This document shows, one piece after another, positions 10,236 through 20,000 of a stretch of 20,000 nucleotides of DNA. The translations under genes and the position numbers were made by a program. Within the stretch, counting starts at the first letter, position 1. Each line of letters begins with the position of its first letter. The DNA comes from Patellaria atrata CBS 101060 (lineage: Eukaryota): NCBI GenBank assembly GCA_010093705.1, contig MU006105.1:465590-485589 (forward strand). Reading direction: 5' to 3'. A model generated the notes under the pieces. The model was given only the letters and a program-made list of their open reading frames with translations, was not told where the DNA came from and did no database searches.

Positions 10236-11068
10236 TCAGTTCTCTAAGACAACACGCACGAGATCTAAGAGATAATATTAGCATATCTCATGAAATTCTC
10301 AATGATACTGAATCGGCTCACCATTATAATTGATCTCCCCGCTACTTGTATCGACGGCTTTTAAAAGCTCATCGACCTCGTCATCACTCATCTTCTCGCC
10401 CAAATTTGTAAGGACTTAGGCGATATTAGTATTAATCCCAGGGTATCTTCTTGTGTTTACATACTATATCTTAACTGGCCAACGCCAATGAAACCAGTTC
10501 CGTCCTTGTCAAATACCTGGAACCCACGGCAGTACTGCTCCGGGTCACCCGGATCACGGAACCCACCCGGTCGGTTAAGGATTTTTGAGAATGCATCGAA
10601 GTCAACTATTTAATGAAGTGGAGGTTAGCGTTTGTTGCTTAGGATCTTATGGAATGGGACGGGAAAACATCGCCGTGCCGCAAGCACAATAAGATGTAGA
10701 CTATAGGCATAGAGAGGAAATCTTACAATCTCCTCCAATGCTCTTTTGTAGATCATGGATCTCTGCAAGTGTAGGGTTCTGTCCACATGCACGAAGGAGG
10801 TCGCCCAGCTGGTCAAGCGCAACTCTGCCATTGCCACGCTTATCGAAGAGCGCAAACGCCTCTTTGTAGTTTGTGGATGCCTGTGGTTGAGAAGATTCGT
10901 AAGTCATTGTAATGGATCGGATCGATATGGAAATAATGTATAACGTAGGTAGAGAGGGTCGCGAAAGGTTATTGTCGACTGCGTTGTTGATGTTGGGATT
11001 TAATCCAGGGTCTTGTAATGCGATTGTCTATTCCGGGTTTACGCTCGGGAAAGGAAAGTACGTACCAT
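10236..11068 (-). CDS. cdc4: EF-hand myosin light chain (Cdc4/Mlc1, cytokinesis); exons 11068-11066, 10880-10727, 10605-10465, 10414-10322, 10264-10236; 139 aa
   Basis: Spliced product MASTNYKEAFALFDKRGNGRVALDQLGDLLRACGQNPTLAEI...FDFDAFSKILNRPGGFRDPGDPEQYCRGFQVFDKDGTGFIGVGQLRYILTNLGEKMSDDEVDELLKAVDTSSGEINYNDLVRVVLEN*. Introns: 11065-10881 (GTACGT..CAG), 10726-10606 (GTAAGA..GCTAAC..TAG), 10464-10415 (GTATGT..ACTAAT..AAG), 10321-10265 (GTGAGC..GCTAAT..TAG). Exons total 420 nt, in frame. The first exon is less certain (alternative ATG at 10907). This is the S. pombe cdc4 / S. cerevisiae MLC1 family, not the budding-yeast F-box CDC4. Confidence 0.94.
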
Positions 11069-11203
11069 TATGCCAAAAAGGTTCCGAAATGTACACAATC
11101 TTAATGCGTGTGTAACTGAAAATGGTTCTGAGCGAAATATTTGGTGAATGGAAAATCTATGAAGGTAAGGTAAGGTAGTTCTATTATTTTCTAGTCGGTG
11201 GAT

Positions 11204-11260
11204 GTTTCCCTAGCCTGGCGCTGATACCAATTCGCGCCCGATGCGCGGTTGCCATAGCAG
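11204..11260. promoter_or_regulatory. Two X-box (RFX/Crt1/Sak1)-like motifs upstream of the myosin light chain gene
   Basis: GTTGCCATAGCAG (11248-11260) and GTTTCCCTAGCCT (11204-11216) resemble the RFX consensus GTTnCCATrGCAAC, ~140-190 bp upstream of the ATG at 11068. Both have imperfect right halves. Confidence 0.35.
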
Positions 11261-12724
11261 TTAAGAAAGCCACCACAGCCACTTACAGCCACCTCCTGAA
11301 ATTGACACCCCAAACTCGACTTCAATCCATCCGTTGTACCCTAGAGCAGAACAAATGTGGCAGCACCTCATAGAATGGAATTTCTATGATATAAATGAAT
11401 AATATCCTAGCCCTCATGATCACAACATTGAAAAACACTAATGGTCTTCTTGATTACCCCTTAATAGTCGGTCGAAGAGGAGAAGCTCCGAGACGACTGT
11501 GCTTTGAAGAGCCAGATCCTATCTACTATTGTAATACTTTTACTACTTCTACACCGATATCCCGTCCGACGACGTAGTCCTGGACCCTTTCTATGGCCCT
11601 GGCTCTAAAGTTCCCGAGTTACTCCCAAAAATTCTAAACGTCAGGAAGGAGCTTGTCGGCTTGACGACTTAGGACTCCCCTGAATATTCAGCAATCATGC
11701 TATATCTGATACGATACGTAACAATTTGTTCTTGGATTATGTGTATCCATACTGTAGGTAGTTGTCTACCGTATCTCCTTCAACTAGCGCATGGTGCAGA
11801 AAACACTCGCACATCCAAATCAAAGCGCAGCATGATTCTACAAGATGTGGTAAAAGCCAACAATTGTTGCAAGGACTTTTAAGGATCGGGACCAGTATAC
11901 CCATAACGTGTTGTTTGTCCTCTTTCCTTTGACTATCGTATCCTCGCTAAAACCCTCACTACCTTGTTTACCATCGGAGATTGTCGCTTCAATACGATAG
12001 TTAAAGTTATCCGTATTGACTTACTCACAAGGGTAAGTAAAGGATCGCTTCGTCTAAAAGCGGTCTTAAGAGAGCGGAGGGGGTAAACGCGTCAACATTA
12101 AAATAGACAGTTTCTCGTCACACGCAATATGCTCCACATCTCTTCTCAACTTGCTGTCTTCAACAATACCTGGGGTTTTTCAGTGGAGGACCACACCCCC
12201 GCCTTCCAAAAGGCATTATCTGTTTTCCTACTTCGCCTTCGTTCTACAAGTAAAAGAGCCCGAATTAGAGCTTCAAATATGGTGCACTAGTACGCAACCC
12301 CGTTTGTACCAAGCTATTACAACAGATGGGGATGTCGACTAAGAAGAGAGTAAACTTGATAGTCGGGACGAAGGTGGCATTTTCCTTATGAGTTCAGCTG
12401 TCCGATTCGACTGGGGTAAAACGTTCACTCTACAAGAGGGTTTGTATTGTAAAGTAACTTTATTAACATGAGGCAGCGATTATGTGGATGCTCAGGGCTT
12501 TCTATATGCACAATGCGGAATGGGTACTCTTAAAAAGAGGTCTTATGCGCCGAAGTCACTAAGAGGCCCAGCTCAGTACTTGCGGTAGCAAAAGTCATTC
12601 AAGTCAACTGACGCGACCTGAGCACGCTCCATGTGTAGGCGAGGGAGCTCAACAGACCTCAACGATAAGTATCCACCTCTTCTCTCATCATCTCTCCTTT
12701 CCCTCTTCTCTTTAGGAAACACGA

Positions 12725-13253
12725 ATGGTTTGAAGTTATTTTCTGCGGAGGGAGCTCATTGCTTTGCTGCAATACTGGCCGCTTAATAACCTAGTTGTCG
12801 ATTGGTGAAGTTCCTTGCGCTCCAAAGGTATGTGAAACTTTCCCAACTTATCCATTTCGACATTTGATGATGGTGATGATGATGATGATGGAAATCACTA
12901 ACTCGTGACGCTGTCTTGTAGAATTCTTCTCCACCTGTAAGCGAGGGCAGCAAAGCAACTGATCATGACTAATCCTTTTCTCAACCGCTATTAGTGTTTC
13001 TGTCGTTTGCCTCTACAATCGAGACACCGCCCTATCACGTCGAGCATGGCGCTCCCATCGCATTCTCGAGCCTATGTAATGGTCGTAGGTATCCCATTGC
13101 GTCTCGATCACTTTGATCTATTGACACTGGTAAGAAGAGGTCATGCATGAAAAGTTTCAGGATGGCGTTACAGGCGAATACTGACGTGACTAGCAGGCGG
13201 ATGAAGATCGTCGGAAATGGGATGATAGCATTCCTCACTCGGACAAACGTTAA
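12725..13253 (+). CDS. Candidate multi-exon orphan small protein gene (~80 aa) or spliced lncRNA
   Basis: Canonical introns 12828-12921 (GTATGT/CACTAAC/TAG), 12937-12994 (GTAAGC/GACTAAT/TAG), 13130-13193 or 13196 (GTAAGA/ACTGAC/TAGCAG) and 13255-13308 (GTACCT/TTAAC/CAG). Pyrimidine-rich promoter-like tract at ~12675-12713. One spliced frame is open to TAA at 13251-13253. The ATG 12725 start needs a weak intron, 12728-12794 (GTTTGA donor). Confidence 0.45.
12866..12890 (+). repeat. Imperfect (GAT)n microsatellite inside a predicted intron
   Basis: GATGATGGTGATGATGATGATGATG read directly. Confidence 0.85.
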
Positions 13254-15243
13254 GGTACCTCCATTTCTATCATGTTATTGAAGCCTTTCCACCATTAACA
13301 TCAAGCAGAGCCGAGAACTGCATATCATGAGCGTTGTCAGGCATCCCAACATTGAAGGCGTTCTTCTACAATAATGGCTGGTTGTGGACACTATAGGGAA
13401 TCTGTATTGTGACAGTCTTTGCTCAACAAGGTATATGCGCAGATCTATAGACACTCATTCGAGGTTTCCCATGCAAAGCGCATGGCACTTACAAGGGTGA
13501 GGATGGATATGAAGAAGAAGATAAATATAGCACACATTGGAATGGTGAAGAGTAGTTTGGTAATCAATGATACAGTCAATGACGTTGGTGATGATTTGTC
13601 CAATCTTTAATCCCCACCGATGTAATGAATGTATCCATCTCGACAATCTACGTAGTATGCCACAATGAAGAAGGTCTAGCCCGTATTAAGGTTACTCTCA
13701 AGTTTCTCTACGTATTTTCTATGCGTCCGGTAGATTCGAATTCAATAAGAGCGAAGAATGTTTTAGGAAGTAATTCACAGTACTTTAGAATATTGTGATG
13801 TCGCTCCTTGTTCCACAATTGCTTTCATCCTCCGAGCTCACTTTTCCTTCATTCATTCATATTACCAGTCACACAAGTAAAGCACGATTCCCATATCCAC
13901 AAATCTTCCATGATACAGCAGGTTTGAATGGTCAATCAAGCGAAATTTTAGACGGTGACTAAGGTATTGATTGGTTAGCTGAGTGCTGGTACTGAAAGCT
14001 CATTGTGCCAAAGTATGAGTGCATAAGTCTTCTAACCTTTTCCAGGAGGGAAAAATCTCTACTGTTGTCATCTGCTCCGTCCATAATTAGGAGACAAACA
14101 TAATAATGTATGATCCTTGGGGGTTTCACCACAATCTACACTTAACAAGTATTTACAAACTTCCAACCGTGAGTGGGTGCATGGGACAAGCTTTTATCGC
14201 TTGAGCAGGAACTATGGAGGTTAAAGGTATTATTACCATTCTTGCGGACACTACTATCATTGTGTGATAATAATGATGAATCTCTTAAACACTCCAGAGT
14301 GGTAATGATTACTAAAGTCACAACTTTCCTTAACATGTCTAAACCAATCTCCTATCCCCTAAAGCTTGACGCTCACCCAGCCAAATCCGATATCATGAAG
14401 GCGACGGCGACCTCTCCGTGTACTGATAAGGAGTCACATTACCCAATTCCCATTAGTCTTGATATCACACAATCAAGTCTGGACCGATTCCAGTCAAGTG
14501 ACGGTATCAAGACTTGGCGCTTGAAGACAAAATGGGAAGGAGAGAAGGCTAGATGGAGGATCTATTCCCTGCAGATGCATTCCCTTAATGATCTGCTGAA
14601 GGTCTGTAGTTTGATCTTATGCTCTTATCACCCGCCACCTACTCCTCCCGGGATTCTTCCTCTTCTTCTATAAAGCCCCCACAGCCTCTGCACTTGAATT
14701 GTTCATCGGTCATTTCTCCCATCGAGACAGGGAAGTTTGGAATCGGTCAAGCAAAATTACTATGTATCCTGTGCGTTTTGTTGTGGTCCATTGAAGGACT
14801 TGCTGGTAAGCTCTTCTGCTATGTCCCAGGCCGCCTTGGATCTGTTTGTCGGATCTTACTGCTGACGGTCACCGCTGTGACTCGACCATATGCATTGTTA
14901 TCTCTCATTAGGGGTTATCATGAGCTTGGTCGTCCTCCGTTTACACATTCTGACAGATCATGCATTCTAACAAATCAGAAGCACCAACAAACCTCAAACC
15001 ATCCTGGCCGCCACGTTGTTATCTACGTAGCAACAACGTGTGAGGAGCATGGAATTTAGGTTACAAAGGACTCGACCGAAGTCATTGACCTCGGATCAAT
15101 TTGCTTGATGCAAGCTCCAGAAGCTAGCCCCAGCAGCACATATCAAGGAAAATGTAAAGAGTGTGAGGTATCTGGTGATTACAAGCCTGCTCTTCACTTC
15201 TGATATTTTCCATCATTCATAATTTTCCACTCTGAATCATCAG

Positions 15244-15977
15244 AGACCAAAGACAAACCACATCACGATCCTTGGAAATTTCCTCATGGTCCAGCGACCC
15301 TTTCACACTGTCTCGCTCAGACTATTGTATCTATGCTAAATCTACGTTCCTTTGCGACAAGATCCGCAATACAACCCTCCACGGCATACTATCAGAAAAC
15401 GAGCATACCGGCCAGAAACCTATTTCCGCAATAGATATGCCAAAGTATGAGCATCAACCTCGCTTTATTGCAGAAACTCTCCTTTATAAAGGCAAAGAGT
15501 TCGAGGAAAGGACGTATAAATAAGGGCGGCCACATCTTTTGAGCAACTGCTTACAGAGTCACAGCAAACCTGACGTCACCCTCTGTATCTCCGAGCTCAT
15601 TATGACATACCTTCTGGGTCATGTAGCCCTTGGCTACTTAGTTGCGTTAAAACCATGCCAATTGCGTCTTTAAACAATAAAGGTATTTCATTGAAACATA
15701 CTAAAAGAAGCCCTATCGCTACTACGTTCGGAAAGCACTGGGGGATAATGAAGGAGAGCGGTTTATGTGTAGAGATTGGAGAGAATCCGTTGATTTTCTT
15801 GGTGTTCCCAAATTCTACGCTCTGCTGGGCGATTCACACTTTTTAAAGTATGATAAAAGATGCCGGAAAAATACGAATCTTATGATGGTAGACATCATCG
15901 CCGGCTTATTTTGTTTCATTCAGTTGGATCTAAAGCAGATGAACCGTATCGTGACACTGTCACCTGGTATCCCGTAG
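15244..15977 (+). pseudogene. Probable decayed BTB/POZ-domain gene
   Basis: After a candidate intron (15168-15243), fragments in shifting frames read HITILG...RPFHTVSLRLL / YAKSTFL...IDMP...RFIAETLLYKG / ELIMTYLLGH / HAIASL. This follows the order of fungal BTB motifs (xTIxVG..FxVHxxLL..SxFF; IxLP; F..wlY; LYvlg..lkn.ai..l). Several frameshifts and stops. Confidence 0.35.
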
Positions 15978-16863
15978 CAGTTGTATATATCACCAATTCT
16001 TCGTCTGTATTGATTTTTACCACAATCCTGCTCTTTTAAGAGTGGAAACCCCTCCCTAAGAAAATTATCGTTGAACTCTTGCACAACGTTATCCGATATG
16101 GAAAAAAAAGAGATGGTAGAGGAGATATGTGGTTACAACATATATACTAGGAACTTACCTCCGATTACGAGCAGGCGGTAAGCTGACATCACTTCCACAA
16201 CCTTAACTCTTTCCGTATACTCATCACATGGAATGTTGACTTCCGTGCTTCTCTTGTCTTTGGAGTAAAGTATATTCCTTCCTTTGGACAGTTAGACCTA
16301 TACTTTTTTTACCTCTATCTCATCATCTCAGTAAAGATGCCGGGAAAATGGTTAGTAAATTGGGAAGAGAATACCCACAAGCAATGATGCTGATTGGGTT
16401 TCCGCGTTTGATATCTATCACGCATTAAGAGCGAGTCTAGATGCTCATGAGGTGGAATGAAGCTTGAGGGCTAATCAAGGTCGGAAGAGGGGGTGAGGTC
16501 CGTGGCGATGATGCGAATTTTCTAACGAACATGATGATGGTTGTGTTCAGCATTAACTCCCCTACTCCACGTGAGACATTTGAGAGTCTTTCTTGGTTAC
16601 TTCTTCCCGTTTTTATCTATACAAATTAGTGTTATTGTAAGTTCCTAAATAAGGCCCCCGGTTATCCGTATATCCAGCCCGGATCTCCCAACAAGTTGCG
16701 AGCGGATAGATTAAAAACTCATCCGTTCTTTGGCAATTGGTAAGACACCTCAGACCTTTGCCTTGAATATGGCAATCTTTCAGAAGCGTCTCTAAACTTC
16801 AGTGGGCAGTGGTGGTGCGGAATATCTTCTACCTTATGGGAGTGATTTCACCGCAAACACGTA

Positions 16864-17187
16864 AAGTCCTATGATCCTACCCACTTTCCGTTCCGGTCAT
16901 CAAACCTTCTAACTACTTTTGCGGTATACCCTAAGAAACTTCCAGAGGGAGAGCACAAATGAGTTCTTACATTTACTGCTCATCAAGGAGGTTTGGATGG
17001 TGATGTGCAGACTCAATTTATGCTAGAAAGAGATACTCATTAGGAAGGCAAACTTATATTTCTGACATGTTGGCATGATGATAAAGTCGCGAAGAGGAAG
17101 GAAGTGCATCGAAATATCGTGACCTCTCAAAGGTAAACATCATGCGCTGCATATAGCATTATGTCTCGTGTCACTTACTTACTCTAG
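16864..17187 (+). pseudogene. Possible coding relic with two in-frame stops followed by an intron-like segment
   Basis: A ~90-codon frame (KSYDPTHFPF...EGEHK*VLTFTAHQGGLDGDVQTQFMLERDTH*EGKLIFLTCWHDDKVAKRKEVHRNIVTSQ) has stops at 16960 and 17041. It is followed by AG|GTAAAC...ACTTAC...TAG (17133-17187). No family recognised. Confidence 0.2.
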
Positions 17188-19328
17188 CTGGTCATGTCTT
17201 GAAGTCTTAACGTTGATTGAGTTTCTATAAAGAGAACGGAGAAACTTAAAGAAGTTTAAAGCCACACACGAAAACAAGCTGGTTATTGTCTCGGGGTTTG
17301 GACAACCATCTGGAACTGGATTAATTTTGGTCTGGTGTTCTCTAGTGAAAGACCATAATTATCTCGCTGAGGAAACAAGAGCGATGATGGTAGTTATCTT
17401 CTAGAGGAAATATTGAGTAGCATCATCCCTTTTCTCTCTGCATTATCGCTTGTAAAGTCATTGACCCTGTTGGCCAAACGGTCATTGGCTAGGGGACTTT
17501 TTCGAAATCTTTTGTCGACATCTTTTACCAATCTTTGATCTCGAATTCCCAATACCTTACGGCGAAGTATGGAGACTAACCAATATTACGGCCAACATCT
17601 TTGGAACTTGAAATTCTTGAGAATAAGAGATAATATAATATAATATAGGGATGTAAAACCTGTCTAAATCTCTAAACCATATGAACTCAAAGCTTAACTT
17701 CTTTAGTAGCGCTTATAATTCTATATCAGTCGCCTCTCCCTGCGGGGGGAATTTCTTCAGCATTTTCTCTATCTATTGTTTTCCAGCCGTTCGCAAAAAG
17801 GTATTGACCCCTGAGCCCTTTCGCCACAATTCTTTTACGGTAGCAATTAGTGTATAATAGCGTGTTCTGTTCGGGTATCTATCCTCAAGCACACAATTTC
17901 CGAAATACGATGTAGGACCAGCCAGATGTTTGAACTTTGAACGATGCGGAACTTAAGTTGTGGGTCATCATCAAGATCTAAACATGCTCGCTATCTTTAT
18001 CCCTCTTCTCCTTCATTTTGGTCATCGCAATTACCCAACTATTATTGCTCACAACCCTAACTACCATACTACATCAAAGGAATCAACGGGTGTCTTAAGT
18101 AAAACCAGCGAACTGTTAAACGATTTCATGATACTGCGATGGCGGTAATACTAAGGAGCGATGAGTATTATTAGCGGTACTAACTGTTGGTAGTGGGCGT
18201 TTATCCATGAGATTGCTTCTCACCGCCGACCAGCATTTTTTTCCCCTTAGTGTGTTTCCAGTTTCTTTTTTTTTCTGATTTTTTCAACCATATTGTATTC
18301 TGCAAGGCTGCAAAAGAGATCGAACGGATGCTCCTTTATTCGACCAACTAAAGCCTCCGAGTTACCTTTTTGGAGCACCAAGGGTAGTGTTCCCAATGTT
18401 GTTAAGCAAGTTTTGATATTGGAGGAAGAGATGTATTTATACCCTCGGAACTAACGTCCAGGCTGCGGATGCCTCTAAAGAGAAGACGAAGAGTGCGCAT
18501 GATCTCTATTCCTACAAGGGGCCTAGCACTGCAACCTGACAGCGCTGCTATTGACATTATAGGCTCGTGATATACTATCATCAACAAGATTATAATTATC
18601 AATGATGTGGTGCGGTATAGCTCCAATCCCTTATTTTGCTGAATACTAGCATTGTCTTTTTCTTTTCCTTTTCACTTATTCTTGTGTGGCTTGGGTGCTT
18701 CATTTTATCACCATGGAACTAAAAGCTCCAGAAAATGTCGCTTGCGTTTGACATGCCTGTTCAAACCCGCGAATAGATTGTCTTCTCTGCTTCCTTGACT
18801 CTTTCATAAAGACGATATTGAAGCAATCATAATCGAAGTTGTAGCGGAAAGAAGCCTTTATACCCTTGGTCTACTATCCACATCACGAAGAGAATGCGCA
18901 TGACTTAATAGTCTTAGGGAAGCTTATACTGCTTCAGACTTCTTTTCCCAGCTAAATTCTATTGATTCAATCATTCGCGTATCCTTCTAGAGATGGGAAG
19001 GAGAAAGCAGAGTATTCAGTTGGGATTTTGTGTTTTAGAGCCCACGACAGGAATAAGGGTAAAGGGTTGTCCAGTACTTGGCTTCATCCGCGCCGCACTA
19101 ATGTAACCTCTTAATCCTGTTTGCGTAGCTATGAGCGCTTCAATGGTAGTGATGCTCTGGGTTTTCTTAAGTTAGTGGTCCTTATCATCATTTCACAAAA
19201 TTGAAGCGTACTCCTTTCCCCAGCAGCCTATGCTCCCACTTCTTTGATATTTTAGCCTCAGTCTCATGAACCACTGATTTACATTATTATAGAGACGGAG
19301 ATAATAGGTCTCTTTCATAGCTTAACCT

Positions 19329-19476
19329 TATAAGTTTCTAATGTACTTATCTTCTTAATTATCGCACCTGACTAAGCACTCAGTCGGGTATAACGTTATA
19401 TGCTATCCTCCTCCAGTCTCTTCTGGATCAGACACTTCAATCTACATCTCACTTTACATGCCCTTGCCACCTTATA
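19329..19476 (+). repeat. Putative 148-bp 5' LTR
   Basis: 6-bp terminal inverted repeat TATAAG (19329-34) / CTTATA (19471-76), equal to TGTAAG/CTTACA after one transition each. Internal hairpin CCTGACT-AAGCACTC-AGTCGGG and palindrome TATAACGTTATA. Abuts the PBS. The left boundary cannot be confirmed without the 3' LTR. Confidence 0.6.
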
Positions 19477-19490
19477 GTTATGAACCCGGC
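19477..19490 (+). other. Primer binding site complementary to the anticodon arm of initiator tRNA-Met (copia/Ty5 half-tRNA type)
   Basis: GTTATGAACCCGGC differs by one G>A from GTTATGAGCCC(GG), the complement of the tRNA-iMet anticodon arm GGGCTCATAAC. It sits directly after the LTR end. Confidence 0.7.
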
Positions 19491-19613
19491 ATAATCTGCT
19501 CCTATTAATTACCAACTGAGGCCACCAGTCTACCTCTAGTTGTTTAATTACCTATCAATTATCTTAACCATATTACCTACTATTTTCTATCCTTAATCCC
19601 ACTGCTCTTCATC

Positions 19614-20000
19614 ATGCCTACTCATTCCAAGATGATCTCAGAAGAAGTCACTCTTCATGGCATGAATGACTGGCTTCCCCGGAACTTTGTGATCAAAAGC
19701 ATGGCCGAGTCTTACAGCCTTTGGGATCTCATTGACCTAGAGAAGACTTGTGAACCACTACAGGAACCAATTATACCTATCAGACATGCTGAGAATAAAA
19801 CACTTACCGCTGAAGGAGAACCATTCTCAGATGCGTTTGATCAGTACAAGCATTCCCTCAAACAATTTGAATGCAAACAAGAGAAACTTGGTCTTATCAG
19901 AGTACATATCACTAAAACAGTGGATAGGGCCTTCCTACCTACCCTTAAAACTACCACATCAGTCCACGAACTTCTCAAATACTTCCATAACCGATTTGCT
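19614..20000 (+). CDS. gag: Copia-type Gag N-terminus (partial, 129 codons, runs off window)
   Basis: Stop-free: MPTHSKMISEEVTLHGMNDWLPRNFVIKSMAESYSLWDLIDLEKTCEPLQEPIIP...FDQYKHSLKQFECKQEKLGLIRVHITKTVDRAFLPTLKTTTSVHELLKYFHNRFA. Matches the fungal Copia gag pattern (L.g..DW..W...i...A....lW..idP; EP..P; I..TV; L..L..rFaP). Confidence 0.82.
   Translation, partial: MPTHSKMISEEVTLHGMNDWLPRNFVIKSMAESYSLWDLIDLEKTCEPLQEPIIPIRHAENKTLTAEGEPFSDAFDQYKHSLKQFECKQEKLGLIRVHITKTVDRAFLPTLKTTTSVHELLKYFHNRFA

Larger units (their letters stand above)
19329..20000 (+). mobile_element. Ty1/Copia LTR retrotransposon, 5' portion (5' LTR, PBS, start of gag); continues beyond window
   Basis: Putative LTR bounded by inverted TATAAG...CTTATA, immediately followed by PBS-like GTTATGAACCCGGC and then an open Copia-type gag ORF from 19614. 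Confidence 0.85.

Noticed and set aside
12828..12921. Intron-encoded box C/D snoRNA (TGATGA present)
   Set aside because: TGATGA arises from the GAT microsatellite; no downstream CTGA D box or terminal stem.
14173..15059. Two overlapping plus ORFs of 166 and 146 aa
   Set aside because: No recognisable family, no convincing splice structure, and the first has a GTG start. It could be a relic but cannot be supported.
16153..16160. ACTTACCT resembling the U1 snRNA 5' end
   Set aside because: No following U1 stem-loop or Sm site; equally a minus-strand splice-donor-like word.
18686..18768. tRNA/SINE-like A and B boxes (TGGCTTGGGTG ... GTTCAAACC)
   Set aside because: No cloverleaf stems can be formed and the A box is poor.

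Overview
Eukaryotic DNA from a filamentous ascomycete (Pezizomycotina), judged from short GT-AG introns with CTRAY branch sites and fungal-type proteins. The core (4.2-11.1 kb) is a compact block of four minus-strand genes: a 490-aa disordered protein with a C-terminal membrane segment, CDC73 (Paf1 complex, 1 intron), a 604-aa disordered protein ending in a Cys/His mini-motif, and the myosin light chain cdc4/MLC1 (4 introns, ATG-only first coding exon). Both flanks look like decaying accessory DNA. The left holds a 134-bp tandem duplication and F-box-like relics. The right holds a cleanly spliced multi-intron orphan gene or lncRNA candidate (12.7-13.3 kb), a probable BTB/POZ pseudogene and other relics. 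At the right edge is the 5' end of a Ty1/Copia LTR retrotransposon (short LTR with RIP-like mutated termini, half-tRNA-iMet-type primer binding site, open gag) that the ORF track misses. I see no firm evidence of a wholly new multi-gene system. The best leads are the orphan spliced gene, the uncharacterised Cys/His motif protein and the dual start of the myosin light chain. All calls come from manual reading; no searches were run.
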